Below are positions 37,310-50,740 of a DNA stretch of 64,000 nucleotides, one piece after another. Under the pieces are notes generated by a model. That model was not told the DNA's origin and ran no database searches. It saw nothing but the letters and a program-made list of their open reading frames with translations. Every line of letters begins with the position of its first letter. The first letter of the stretch is position 1. The stretch is taken from assembly GCF_009914755.1 (NCBI RefSeq), contig NC_060936.1; one strand, given 5' to 3'. The position numbers and the translations under genes are program-made. The stretch is from the human T2T-CHM13v2.0 reference genome, Homo sapiens.

Positions 37310-38670
37310 TTTCATATTTATCCAACAAACACTTACTGAGAACCTACTGCGTGCTAGCCATAAGACTGTCTCTGTTCTCATGAAATTAGCAATTGCAGTG
37401 GACATACAAATGAATAAACAGGCATAACAAGAAGGTCCAACATTAAATTCTTTTTATTGGGCGAAAGAATAGGGTATGATGGGAATGTGTAAAAGAGCAT
37501 GTTATAGGGAAGTTGGAAAGTTTAACATAGAAATGACATTTAAACTGGTACCTGAGGAGTAAACATGACTTAGCCAAGCAAAAAGTAAAAGTCACTTTAA
37601 CTATTCCGGACAAAGGAAACCATATGTGCAAAAGCTGGTGTGCACGTGAGAAGAACAAATTTCAGGGACCGAAAAAAATGTCAGTATGAAGTGATTGGAG
37701 TGAAGAGTCTGTGCATCTGGTAGCAAAGATAACCTTGGAGAGAGAAGCAGAGAACAGGCAATAAAGAAGTGAAGAGATTTGTAGCTGGAGCAATGGCGAT
37801 AAGGAAAGAAAACGTGCACCAGCTTGAGAGGCCTTTGGGTCTGATAATAGAATAAACAGAACCAGATGCTTGGGTCAGTAGAGGGGCTGGGGGAAGAGTA
37901 GAGATGATTCACAGATTTTAGGATGGACCAGGATAAGGAACAAAGAGGAGGGAGGCGGCAGGGAAGGAAAGAGCTCCCTTTTGGACTTGCTGAGTTATCC
38001 AGAGATGTCTGAGAGAAGATGTACAGTTCTCAGCTGGATACATGACTTTGGAGCTCAGAGTCGTATGAGTCCATGAGTTGAGAGTCATCCTCAATGACTG
38101 GTGTCTGGGGCTGTGGAAGGAGACCACATCGTCCCGTTTGCTATAGTAAGAACCAAAGAGGACCCTTTGGCACCTGTTGTTTAAAGGTTAACAGAAGAAC
38201 ACTCAAAGAACACTGAGATGGGGAGAGTGTCAAATAAGTCAACAAGATAAAAATGGTGGAACTGTGAAGATAGACAATGTTAGCAGATAGGTGAAAGAAA
38301 TGAGTCAGCAAAATAAACTAGGAATGAGTAGCCAGAGAGGTGAGAAGAAAACCAAGAGTGTGTGATGCCAAACAAAAACTCAAAAACAGAGCACCTTAAA
38401 AAGAAGAATGGTTCCGATACGACAGCGTGACCAGGAAGAACAGGGACTAAAGATTGTCCATTGGGTTCAGTGATGGGAGAGGATGGTTGGGGAGGAAGCC
38501 AGAGGTTCACTAACAGAGGCGGGTTGAGTGAAGACTGGTAAGAGAGGGAGCCGAGGCGGGAATCTACACAGCGTCTTCAAGGAGTGAACTGCGAAGGCAG
38601 AAAAGCGATTATGCGATGGCTGAAGGGAAATCACTTGGCGGGAGTGCTTTGTTTTAAGATGGGAGGGACT
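37310..38670 (-). mobile_element. L2 long fragment
   Basis: ATTTATCCAACAAACACTTACTGAG..GGAGCTCAG..GACTAAAGATTGTCCATTGG. Confidence 0.75.
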
Positions 38671-38974
38671 ATTTTAAAGGTCCTTCAACTGATACCTGCA
38701 AGATTCCACAGGGCAAAGATATTGTAAACATACATTTAACACTCACTGCACTTTAGATTATATATTTACAGAGCCACACAATGAATTTACATCTCTCAAA
38801 ATGGAAATTGATCTTTTTTTTAAATTCAGATTCAGTGACTGCAAAACCCTATGCAGAAATATCTGAGTAATGAAGATGTTAGCAAACCCAGCATGGTCCC
38901 TGGGCGTGGCTGCTGTGGGTTTGTTTGTTTTTACATTTACACTGTTAGACCATGCATTGAACACTCCCTATTAG

Positions 38975-39870
38975 AACCACAGAAACCCACTGGAAAGAGC
39001 CTTTAAAGCTAATCTTATCTGATTTGTTCTTACATCTCCTTTATGTATCCCCATCAAGAGGTCATTCAACCTGTGCTTGAAAAGCTCTGCGGACCAGGTA
39101 TTGACACATTTCAGAAGTGGCTTGCTCTGTCCTAAAGCACTTCTGATTTCTAGAAAGCTCTCCCTTATGTGGAATTGAAATTGGCTTCCCTATACCTTCT
39201 TCTGCTTAGGGGTGATGAATGTAACTTTTCAGGTCAAACTTCCTGGGTTCAAACCCCTGCTCTGCCACTAACACATCACGTGACATGGGCGAGTCTCCTA
39301 TCTCTGTTGTCTCCATGTATCCATCTGTACAGTGGGGATGACGATCAGAGGCGACGTCACAAGGCCCCTGCCAGGAGTAACCTGGGTGCTACATGCAAAG
39401 CACCTGGGACTCAGCACTCGGTGAGCATTAGCCATTATCACACCCATCCTGTTCAACTCCATGGGTCCATGAAGGGAAAACAAACACACCAGGGACATCT
39501 AATAGTCTCGACATGTTCTAACCCTTCAAACATTTCAAGAAAATTCTCATGTGGCTGCATTTTTCTCTTCTAAATATCCTAAGTTCCTTCACAGCGTCTC
39601 ATCTGACATGAATTTAAATTCCTTCGCCATCTTGTTTACACTCCTTTGAACATGGTTTTATTTATATCCCCTTAAATCCCATTTATTTATACCCCTCTCC
39701 TTAGCAGTGTGGTGCCCGGAACAGGACTGAATACTCCAGGATGGTATGTCCTGAGAGACAGAGAGAGGGCTTATTGCTTCCTGTTTTCCTTATGTTGAAG
39801 TTTCGCTAGAGCTGCCTAAGACACCGTTGCTTTTTCGTTGTTACAGTCCCAGCCCACGGCTGAAGCATGT
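38975..39870 (-). mobile_element. L3/CR1 LINE fragment split by a MIR (~39200-39435, +)
   Basis: TTCTAGAAAGCTCTCCCTTAT..CCCTTCAAACATTT..GTGGTGCCCGGAACAGGAC; MIR CTGGGTTCAAACCCCTGCTCTGCCAC. Confidence 0.65.
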
Positions 39871-40103
39871 GGAATACACGACAGTCCCTGAAGCAACACT
39901 GCCTATTCGCAGTAGAGTGACGATTCTGTGGAAAAACTCCCTGTATCACCTCCCAGCTCATCCCACCAACCTCTGTGTGCCTTATTTTCCCCGTGATGAA
40001 ATGATATCATGATAACCACGCCTGTCTCACAGAGGGAGTGAGGATGAAGAAGGTTTAATGTATGTCAGTGCTGGGCAGTGTGCCCAGCAGAGAGTAGGCC
40101 TGA

Positions 40104-41110
<1,007 letters not shown>

Positions 41111-41454
41111 CAATTCTCTGTTAAGTTTTATGGACTCTCAGAATATTTTGATTCTGATTCTGTTATTCCTAACATCTGACATTTCTAATCCTCATGTTAC
41201 CCGTGATTTTGATGAGACTCTAATACTGCATATCCGTAAATCATTGAGGTGAAAGGCTATATTCTGAAAGATGGCCTTACAAAAATGAAAAAGGCACTTC
41301 CTGTGTGATAAAGTGTTTTCAGTATGATAATGAATTTTAAGTCATGTTATTGACTTAATTAGGTATTTTTCAATTTAGCTTTAGGAAGAAGACACTTTTT
41401 TTTCTGGTTATTGAAATCTTCTTTTAAGAAGACACCTTAAGGAATACTACACTG

Positions 41455-41805
41455 TCCTATAAAAGAGCAAGATCATGTCTTTTGCGGCAACATGGATGCA
41501 GCTGGCGGCCATTATCCTAAGATAATTAATGCAGGAGCAGAAAACTAAATGCCATATGTTCTCACCTATCAGTGGGAGCTAAACATTGGGCACTCGGGGA
41601 CATAAAGATGGAATCAGTAGGTGCTGGAGACTACCGGGGAGGGGAGGGGGCGAGGGTTGAAAAAACTACCTGTTGGGAGCTGTGCTCACTGCCTCGGTGA
41701 AGGGATCAACTGTACCCCAAACCTCAGGATCACGCAATAGACCCATGTAACAAACATGCACATGGACCCCTGAATTTTAAGTAAAAGTTGCAATTATTTT
41801 TAAAA
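41455..41805 (+). mobile_element. L1PB4-like 3' fragment
   Basis: GATCATGTCTTTTGCGGCAACATGGATG..CCCCAAACCTCAG..TAAAAGTTG. Confidence 0.8.
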
Positions 41806-42185
41806 AGTTGATGACAATGGACTCATTCATTCATTCATTCATTCATTCATTTTTCTGTTCATTTAAATGAAGATTTATTGAGCACCTATTAAAAGGAAAG
41901 AGGAAGGGATGTAGCACTTTGGACCTTGGATGGCGCGTGTAGAATTTCCTACTTGTCTCTGCTTCAGAGATGAATCCACGTGGCCCTGGGAAATGAACCT
42001 TCTTACCAAGATCGCCCTCCGCTGGTGACAGAGCCAAGTCTCTGGGCTCCTAGTTCACAGCTCTTCCTACAACACCAGGCTGGCTCTCCGCGTCTGATCC
42101 AGAGCCAGGCCCGCCCATGACCGCAGGCTGGTGTTCACACTAGGCAGCTTTTAAGACGGGGAGGGATAGCAGGAACAGTTATGAC

Positions 42186-42725
42186 TTTTTTTTGGATACA
42201 TAATATGTGCACATACTGATGGGGTACCTGTGGTAGTTTGCGACATGCACGGAATGTGTAATGATCACGTCAGGGTTTTAGGCTGCACATCCCCTTGAGC
42301 ACTTATCATTTCTAGTGCTGTGAGTGTTAAAAGTCCTCTCTTCTAGGTATCCTGAAATATACAATACATTGCTGCCAACTATGGTTACCCTATTGTACTA
42401 TCAAACATGAGAACTTATTCCTTCTAACTGTTGGGTAATTGTACCCATACCAATTCCTAATGAGTACTGTACCCATTAGTAATGGATACTATAACTAATC
42501 TCATATGCATCCAATACCCATCCAATATCGAATGGGTGTTATACCCATTACCCAACCTCTCTTCATCTCCCCACCGCCCCCGAACACACACACACTCCCC
42601 ACTCTGGTATCTATCATTCTATTCTCTACCTCCATGGATCCATTTCTTTTAGCTCCCACACATGAGAGAGAATAAGTGATATTTGTCTTTCTGTGCCTGG
42701 CTTATTTCACTTACATCGTGACCTC
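42186..42725 (-). mobile_element. L1MA (MA4/5-like) 3' fragment
   Basis: GAAATATACAATACATTG..TTTAGCTCCCACACATGAG..GCCTGGCTTATTTCACTTA. Confidence 0.8.
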
Positions 42726-43524
42726 CAGTTTGGTGGCAGCTTTTTGAAAGCTTCCAGGCACTCTGTGATGCCCCTGATGGGGCGGCCAGGACCTGCTTTC
42801 TACCTGGGACAGGACACTGGCCTCACCCTCACTGGGGCATGGGGGCAGCTGCCCCATGAGAAGGGTTCTTTTTGCTCATTAGAGCAAATGTTGGCATTAT
42901 AAACACAAACCCGTGCCATGAGGCAAACCCTGCTCCTTCAAGGAAGTCTTGAGGCTTAAAAGTCTTAAGTGACTTTGCAGGGCTTTTGAAGGCTGAGAAA
43001 GCTTTCATTTTCTGGAAGGAATGGGAGAATAGTTCTTTATTGGTGTTGCTGATGATAATAAAATCGGAAACACCTAAGTCACTGTATATAAGCATACTCT
43101 TTCATTTCACTATTACAGAATAATTCTGATGAGTTCTGTACTGGGCCATCAGGTTCAATTAGTTCATTCATCTGTAGGATGCCTCGGCATAGTATCTTGA
43201 CTTACCCATTCATGCACTTGGTTGACTTCTTAATTTAGCTCTCTACTTATTGACCTCAGTGGGAACTCCTGGCTTGAATTATGTGTTCATTTGTTTGGGT
43301 GTTTGCTTGGGATGGGTAATATCCACACAGGCCACAGGATTTAGAAGGTACAAAAGAGTATAACGAGAAAATAAGTTGCCTTTTCTCCCCTGTTCTTCTC
43401 CTTTACCTAGGAGAGGCAATGACTTTTGATGCTATCAGAAAGCACGTTGGTTTTCAGGATGGCTTCCGTGTTCACAATCACGTGTGTGTCACACACATGG
43501 TAATATGCTATATACACATTGTTC

Positions 43525-43740
43525 TAGTCATTCTCAGCTGGGGACAGTTTTGACTCCCGGTGCCATTTCGCCATGTCTGGAGACATTTTTGGTTGTTACA
43601 CTGGAGGTGGGGGGCCACAGGTACCTGGTAGGTGGAGGCCAGGGAGGCTGCTCACCGTCCCGCAGTGCACAGGACGGCCCCCACCACACAGAACCGTCTG
43701 ACCCAAAATGACATTAGTCCTGAGGTTAAGAATATCTCGC
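43525..43740 (+). mobile_element. MER20 (hAT-Charlie)
   Basis: ATGTCTGGAGACATTTTTGGTTGTTACA..GTGGAGGCCAGGGA..GCACAGGAC. Confidence 0.85.
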
Positions 43741-44072
43741 TTTTATTTATTTATCTTTAACTCCTTAAGTTGTTTGGACTATGATTCCTCAAGCAACTTG
43801 GCAGGACGAGAAGAAAGTTTTAAAGTTGCAGGCGAACCGGAGCTCTATTTTATTTCTCGATATCCTAGCACCTGCCAGAGAACACGGTTCTTAGAAGTCT
43901 CTCCGGCAGTATGCTTTAAATGCATAGGCAATTTGTTAATTATGGGTGAAGGGCATTTAACATAAGACGAAAGGTACAGTAAGCTGTTCTGTCTTCAAAT
44001 CTGAACCTCCCAATTGTTCTATAGTGTAGATTAGAATTCGAGTACCGTAGAGAAATACAGCTCTACCTGTTT

Positions 44073-44104
<32 letters not shown>

Positions 44105-45734
44105 GGACCCAAAGGAAACAATGTAGGTTAGGATGAAAAACTTCCATTTTGGAGGCAAATGTTGGAGAAATTAGCTGCATAAAAGGGTCCCCAGGTCCTT
44201 CACCTGTCCTCTGTGAAAAACAAGTTATTAAAACAAGCAGAAAGCTTGCCTGGGCTTTTAAACGGTGAGGCCAGTCAGTTACCCTGAATAAAAGGCGTTA
44301 TAATACACATAACTGAGAGGGATAGAAGGTGTTTCAACTTCATCAAAAGGCTTGAAAAGGATGACACTCTTTGCATCTGTGCTTTCAGGAAGTTTTTCAG
44401 GGCTGATATTTATTTTAAATCAGAACGGCTTACAAAGCAAACCCCCTTTATAAAACGTGTCACATGTAGCAATCCTGGAGATGACCTCTACAATTCTAGG
44501 CTGGACAGAGAGATTACTCTTAAGAGAAAAAACTAGATCCCTTTAATCAGCTTTAAAAAAAACATTGTGAACAGTCACTTCTCTTATTTAAAAGTTTAAC
44601 TTTACTTTCATCAATTTATAATCAGAGTTCCTCTGGTATGTTTGATTCCTGACAAACAAGGATAAAAGTTGTGTGCCCCCATTGCTAATGAGATGATAAA
44701 ACAGCAGGGATCAAGTTTTTAATTACTACAGGCGATGCACTGGAGAGGTACCGATGATATTTTCTATTGCATGTCTAAGTTGTAACTTCAGGCTTATGAC
44801 AGTCCTGCTGAGTTCGACTGCCTTTGATGATCACTCATTTTTGTCTCCTGAGAACATACAAAAATTTCTGAGCTAGAATCCTGGGGGGCTGGCAATTATT
44901 GGCATAACCTGGCACAGGTTCCCCTCTTCAACCATCATTGCTCAGTGAGGATCCAGTTTCTTAATGCCTGCCCTTACACCGAAAGGGAAATTGGACATCC
45001 AAAATGTCTATGAACTTTCATACTCAAATAATACCCATTCTCACACTCCCAGCATGGGCTTTCCGTTAATAATAAAATATTTAATTGAATTGGGAGATTT
45101 CTAGTACAGGCTGTTTCATTTCTTTTCAAAGTCATGATAGAAATTTTTTAGTTAAAACCTTATTTATCTGCACATTTGTAGGTGCATATTATATTTATCG
45201 CTCTAAACTATTTAAACATTTCTAATAGTATTCCCTTTGTTACTGCAGACAGTTGATAATAGAAATGTTTAAAGGTGCCATTATTTATCAAATAAGGTCA
45301 GATGTTCTCACCCTGTTTGAAATGGAAACTAGGAGTGGATTCCATTAACTCTCTTGTTCACACAACACACACACATGCACACACGCACACACACACACAC
45401 ATCTCAGTGGTTGGCCAGAGCATTCAACAAATAAGATTTGCTCCAATCCCTGTTTTTAGCTATGAAAATATGAGCAGAGAGTTCATGTGATATGTAGACA
45501 ATTACCGGGCCAATCTGAATACAACCACCCAACTCATCAACCAACTAACTAACTAGCCACAATCTTTGAGCACTCAAGTAATTTCAAAATTATGAAGTAA
45601 GAATTGAGTGTCAGAATTACAAGCATTGGCTGAGTTTACTAAGTAGTTTACATTTCTAAGATTTTAGATCATAAGCAAAAAAAAAAAAAAAAAAAAAATG
45701 CATTCTCAGCTACTCCATTGGGAAAAACCCATAA

Positions 45735-46148
<414 letters not shown>

Positions 46149-46269
46149 TAAAAAAATCACATATGTAAAATATAAAGACCAGATACTTGCAGCTTATTTT
46201 CTTCTTGACAAAGGAAAGTTAAAAATGTTTTAATTATGCAATTTGTGTATAATATAGAATTCACATTGC

Positions 46270-46625
46270 TTGTGTTAGGATAGAACAGCCCAGAACCTTG
46301 GTGGCTGGACACAGTCGATGTGTACTTTTTGTTCATGGAAGTGCTGCGAAGGTGGCTGGTTGGGCAGCCCTCCTGGACAGCTGTCCTCAAGGACTGGCTC
46401 CCAGAGTCCAGTGGCTCCTTATCTTCTTGAATGGCAGTGCTCCCTTGACTCTCCACATCTTGGTGGTGGCAGGGCACAGCCAATTTGGAAGATCTCCTGG
46501 AAGCTTTGTCAGCCTCACCTGGAAGTGTCTGTGTCTGTTTGCTCACATTCCATTGGCTAGAAGGGCAACAAGGCACCACTAAGATGCAGTAAAGCCCAGA
46601 AAGAAAATGAATTGGTTTGCTAAAC
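46270..46625 (-). mobile_element. MLT1J-like MaLR LTR
   Basis: CCTGGAAGTG..GCTCACATTCCATTGGCTAGAA. Confidence 0.6.
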
Positions 46626-46628
46626 AAG

Positions 46629-47153
46629 TGTGAACAAAAGTTCTCTGAAAAGGAATTTGGAGGAAAGAGACTTTATTCCAGTGAACAGTTTGCAAACTGG
46701 GGAAATGGAGTCTTTCCTATAAAATGAAGGTGTGTTGCAAAGAAAAAAAGGAAGGCTCAGGTTTTAAAGCGAAATGTCCTGCCCAGGTTCCCAATCAGAT
46801 CTGTTTATGCAAATGAAGAATTGAAACTTGCTTAGTTCTGATTGGTTGATGCATTTGAGCCCTGATTGGTTGATACAGTTGAGCCCTGATCGGCCAAGGC
46901 AGGTGAACTCTGGTTGGTTGGTTCATCTGAGCTCTGAAAGTCCCAAAGATAAAAAAAAAATGTAGGGTAACTCAGGAGATAAAAATGAGTGATCATGAAA
47001 GGCCATGAAACTCAGCAGGACTGTCATCAGCCCTGTCACACTAGAACACGTGTGTGGCCTCTAGCCAGCAAATGGACGCTGGGCTTAGTCTTAAAGTTGG
47101 GCTCCGTTAGCCACTCAGGATTCATCCAAAGGCTAAGTTCATATTTGTTCACA
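46629..47153 (-). mobile_element. ERV1-class solo LTR (subfamily uncertain)
   Basis: 10-bp inverted termini TGTGAACAAA/TTTGTTCACA; TTTATT polyA signal; repeated CTGATTGG; octamer ATGCAAAT at 46807-46814. Confidence 0.75.
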
Positions 47154-48344
47154 CAGCTTAGGTATTTTCCTGCATTAATTATAATAATACTCTACCCATA
47201 TAAAATGCTTTATACTTGTTGAGGGTTTTATTAATATTGTCTCATTTCATCCTCAGAGTTTGGAAACTAGACAGACACTATTATTTACAGATAAGAAAAC
47301 TGAGGTTCAAAAATATTAATTGCCTTGCCAGAGGTCAAAGAGTCGTTAAGAGCTAGAACGAAATGCTAGTATTCTTATTTCTGTTTTCCTTTGATTTGTG
47401 TTATATCACATGCTTGCCGTGATTTATGAAGCATACTCTCCTTTAGAAACAGTTATTATAAAGCAATCTGTTACAGATAAACACTCTCAAAACATTTTCA
47501 TCTTCTGCATAATGTAACTTCATATAAATTGACCATAAAATCCTAGTAATCTAAGCTACAGAAAGCTTTCTTGTTTTTAATGATCACTCGTTGACATAAT
47601 TTGAAGTCTTTTCAAAATTTCATAAAGTATGAACACAGAATAAATAAGTAACCACAGTTATCAAAGTGATAGATCTTGAAATTTGTTTACAGATCTTATA
47701 CTATTGAAGATTATATCCATCTTAATTAGAGCATGACTAACATTTTCATAATTCTAGTGATTGCCATATAGTTAAACCCTTATATTCCTTCCATGATGCT
47801 GGTCAGACCAGAAAAAAGGCATACATGTTAAAAATAATGGCCTAACATTATTGTGAAAATATATTCATACAGTTGAATAATATAGTAGATACATGAAAAA
47901 GCTCTTTTAAAAAAATTCTTTCAAGAACAGGTAGATCAGAGACCTTTAATGGTCAAATTGCTCAACTATGAGAATTTTTTAGCAAAGCGATTTATCCAAC
48001 AGTTTAGATTTGGGCAGGTAGGCAGGTTAGAGCAGGTCGTTGCTGAGTGAGTTCAAAACTAGGGCTGACCATGAATGGGCCAGGGTGTGAGTGCTTTCAC
48101 CTGGTGACTCCAATATTGTAGATATTGACTGATGCCTGCAGAATCCAGCCACCGTACCCAGAATCCCATCTACATTATGGTGAATCCATGCAACAGAAAT
48201 GCAAAGTGTTAGTGTAGGCCCGCTTCCCTTTCTTCTAATAAAGATTCATGGAGACAAAGTGTCGGGGAGAGCCTCATTTAAATTCAGACGTGGCTGATTC
48301 TGAAGGCTGTGTTGAGATTTTTGAAATCTGCAATAAATTGTGAT

Positions 48345-48695
48345 TTTTGTTCTTCTTCCTGCTCCACTCCCTTTTCCCCTCCTTCCCCTCCTCCTTCCTC
48401 TCCTCCTCCCCCTCTTCCTCCTCCTCCCCTTACCCCTCCTCCTCTTTTCTCCTCCTCCTTCTTCTTGTTCTTCGTCTTCCTCTCCTTCTCCTCCTCCTTC
48501 TTCTTCGTCTTCCTCTCCTTCTCCTTCTTCTTCTTCCTTCTCCTCCTCCTCCCCTTCTCTTTCTCCTCCCCCTTCCCCTTCCCATTCCCCTTCCTCCTCC
48601 TCCTCCTCTCCTCTTTCTTCTTTCTTTTCTTCCTTTCTTCTTTCTTCCTTCTTTCCTCCTTCTTTCCTCCTCCTCCTCCTCCTCCTTCTTCTTCT
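48345..48695. repeat. Polypyrimidine (CCT/CTT)n tract, about 350 bp
   Basis: Seen directly; abuts the 3' end of the antisense L1MC1. Confidence 0.95.
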
Positions 48696-48699
48696 AAAT

Positions 48700-50740
48700 T
48701 AATAGGCTTTATTTTTTAGGGCAGTTTTGGGTTCCCAGCAAAATTGAGCAGAAAGTACAGATGGGTCCCATGTACCCTCTGTATCCACAGAGGCACCATC
48801 AACATTCTACACCAGAGCGGTCCATTTGTTACAATCATTTCCCCTACACTGACACATCAGTATCACCCACAGTCCATAGTTCACATTAGGGTTCACTCTT
48901 GGTGTTGCACATCCTATGGGTTTTCACAAGTGTATAATGATGTGTATCTGCCATTCTATTATCATACAGAGTACTTTCACTGCCCTAAAAGCTTTCTGTG
49001 TTCCGCCCATCCATCTTTCCCTCCCCTGCAACCTCTGGCAGCCACTGAATGTTTTACTATCTCCATAATTTTACCTTCTCCAGAGTGTCACATAGTCGGA
49101 ATCATACAGCACGTAGCCTTTTCAGATTGACTTCTTTTACTTAGTAATATGAATGTAAGTTTCTTCCACATATTTTCATAACATGATAGCTCATTTCTTC
49201 TTAGCACAAAATCATGTTCCATCTTTTCAATGTAGCACAGTTTATCCATTCACCTACTGAAGGATGTCTTGGTGGCTTTGGCTTTCGAGTTTTGGCAGTT
49301 ATGAATAAAGCTGCTATAAACATCTGTGTGCACCTAAGTCTTTAGTTTATTTGGGTAAATACCAAGGAGCATGACGGTCTTCCCAGGTGAAAATACATGC
49401 AATGAATGAGAGCTCCATATCCTTGCAAGCACGTTGCGTTGTGAATGTTTTGGATTTGCACCATTTTATAATAATACATGTGTACTATCTCGTTGTTGTA
49501 GTTTGCAGTTCCCTAATGACATATGATGTGGAGCATCTTTTCAGGTGCTTATTTACCATCTGCCTATCTTCTTTGGTGAGATATCTATTCATGACTTTTT
49601 TTTCCATTTTAAAATTGGGTTATTCATTTTTTATTGTTGAATTTTAAGAGTTATTTGTATATTTTAGATAACATTCTTTATCAAATGTTTCTTCTGCAAA
49701 TGTTTTCTCCTAGTCTGTGGCATATCTTCTCATTCTCTTGACACTGTTTTTGCAAGGCAGAAATTTAATTTAATTTATTATGTTTTTTGAGATGGGGTCT
49801 TACTCTGTCGCCCAGGCTGGAGGGCAGGAGTGGGATCCCAGCTCACTGCAACCTCCGCTTCCTGGATTCAAGTGATCTCCTGCCTCAGCCTCTCAAGTAG
49901 CTAGGATTACAGGTGCCTGCCACCACACCCAGCTAATTTTTGTATTTTTAGTAGAGATGGGTTTTCACCATGTTGGACAGGCTGGTCTCAAACTCCTGAC
50001 CTCAAATGATCCGCCCTCCTCAGCCTCCCAACATACTGAGATTACAGGCATGAGCCACTGCAGCTGGCCTAGAAATTTAATTTTAGTAAATTCAGCTTAT
50101 CAATTATCTCTTTCATGGATTGCACCTTTGGCGTTATATATGAAAGTCATCAGCAAACCCATGGCCATCTAGGTTTCCTCTTCCTTTTTCTTCCGGGTGT
50201 TTTACAGTTTTGCATTTTATGTTTATAAATGTCTGTGATCTGTGTTGAATTAAGGGTGTAAGGTTTGTGGCTGGCTTCATTTTTTACAGTGGATGACCCA
50301 TTGTTTCAGCACCATCTGTTGAAAAGATGATCTTGTTCCATTGCACTGCTTTTGCTCCATTGTCAAAGATCAGTCAACTATAATTACGTGGGCTGATTTC
50401 TGCACTCTCTATTCTATTCCATTGATCTGTTTGTCTGTTCTTTCACCAATGCTGCACAGCTTTGATTACTGTAGCTTTGTAGTAAGTCTTCAGGTTGGGT
50501 AGCGTCAGTCCTCTCACTTTGTTTTTCTCCTTCAGTATTGATTGGGTTGATCGTTCTGGGTCTTTGGCAACTCCATATAAAATTTAGAATCAGTCTGTTG
50601 ATAGCCACAAGATAACTTGCTGGGATTTTGACTGGTATTGCATTAAATATATAGATCAAGTCTAGAATAACTGACATCTTTACAACATTGAGCCCTCCTG
50701 TCCATGAACATCCATTTATTTATTTCTTATTTGATATTTT
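48700..50740 (-). mobile_element. L1MC1-like 3' portion split by an AluS
   Basis: CAGCAAAATTGAGCAGAAAGTACAGA..CCATAGTTCACATTAGGGTTCACTCTTGG..GATTACTGTAGCTTTG. Confidence 0.85.
49772..50069 (-). mobile_element. AluS
   Basis: TSD AGAAATTTAATTT at 49759-49771 and 50071-50083. Confidence 0.9.

Noticed and set aside
48309-48719. Pro/Ser/Phe/Leu-rich ORFs in three frames
   Set aside because: A pyrimidine tract cannot encode stop codons
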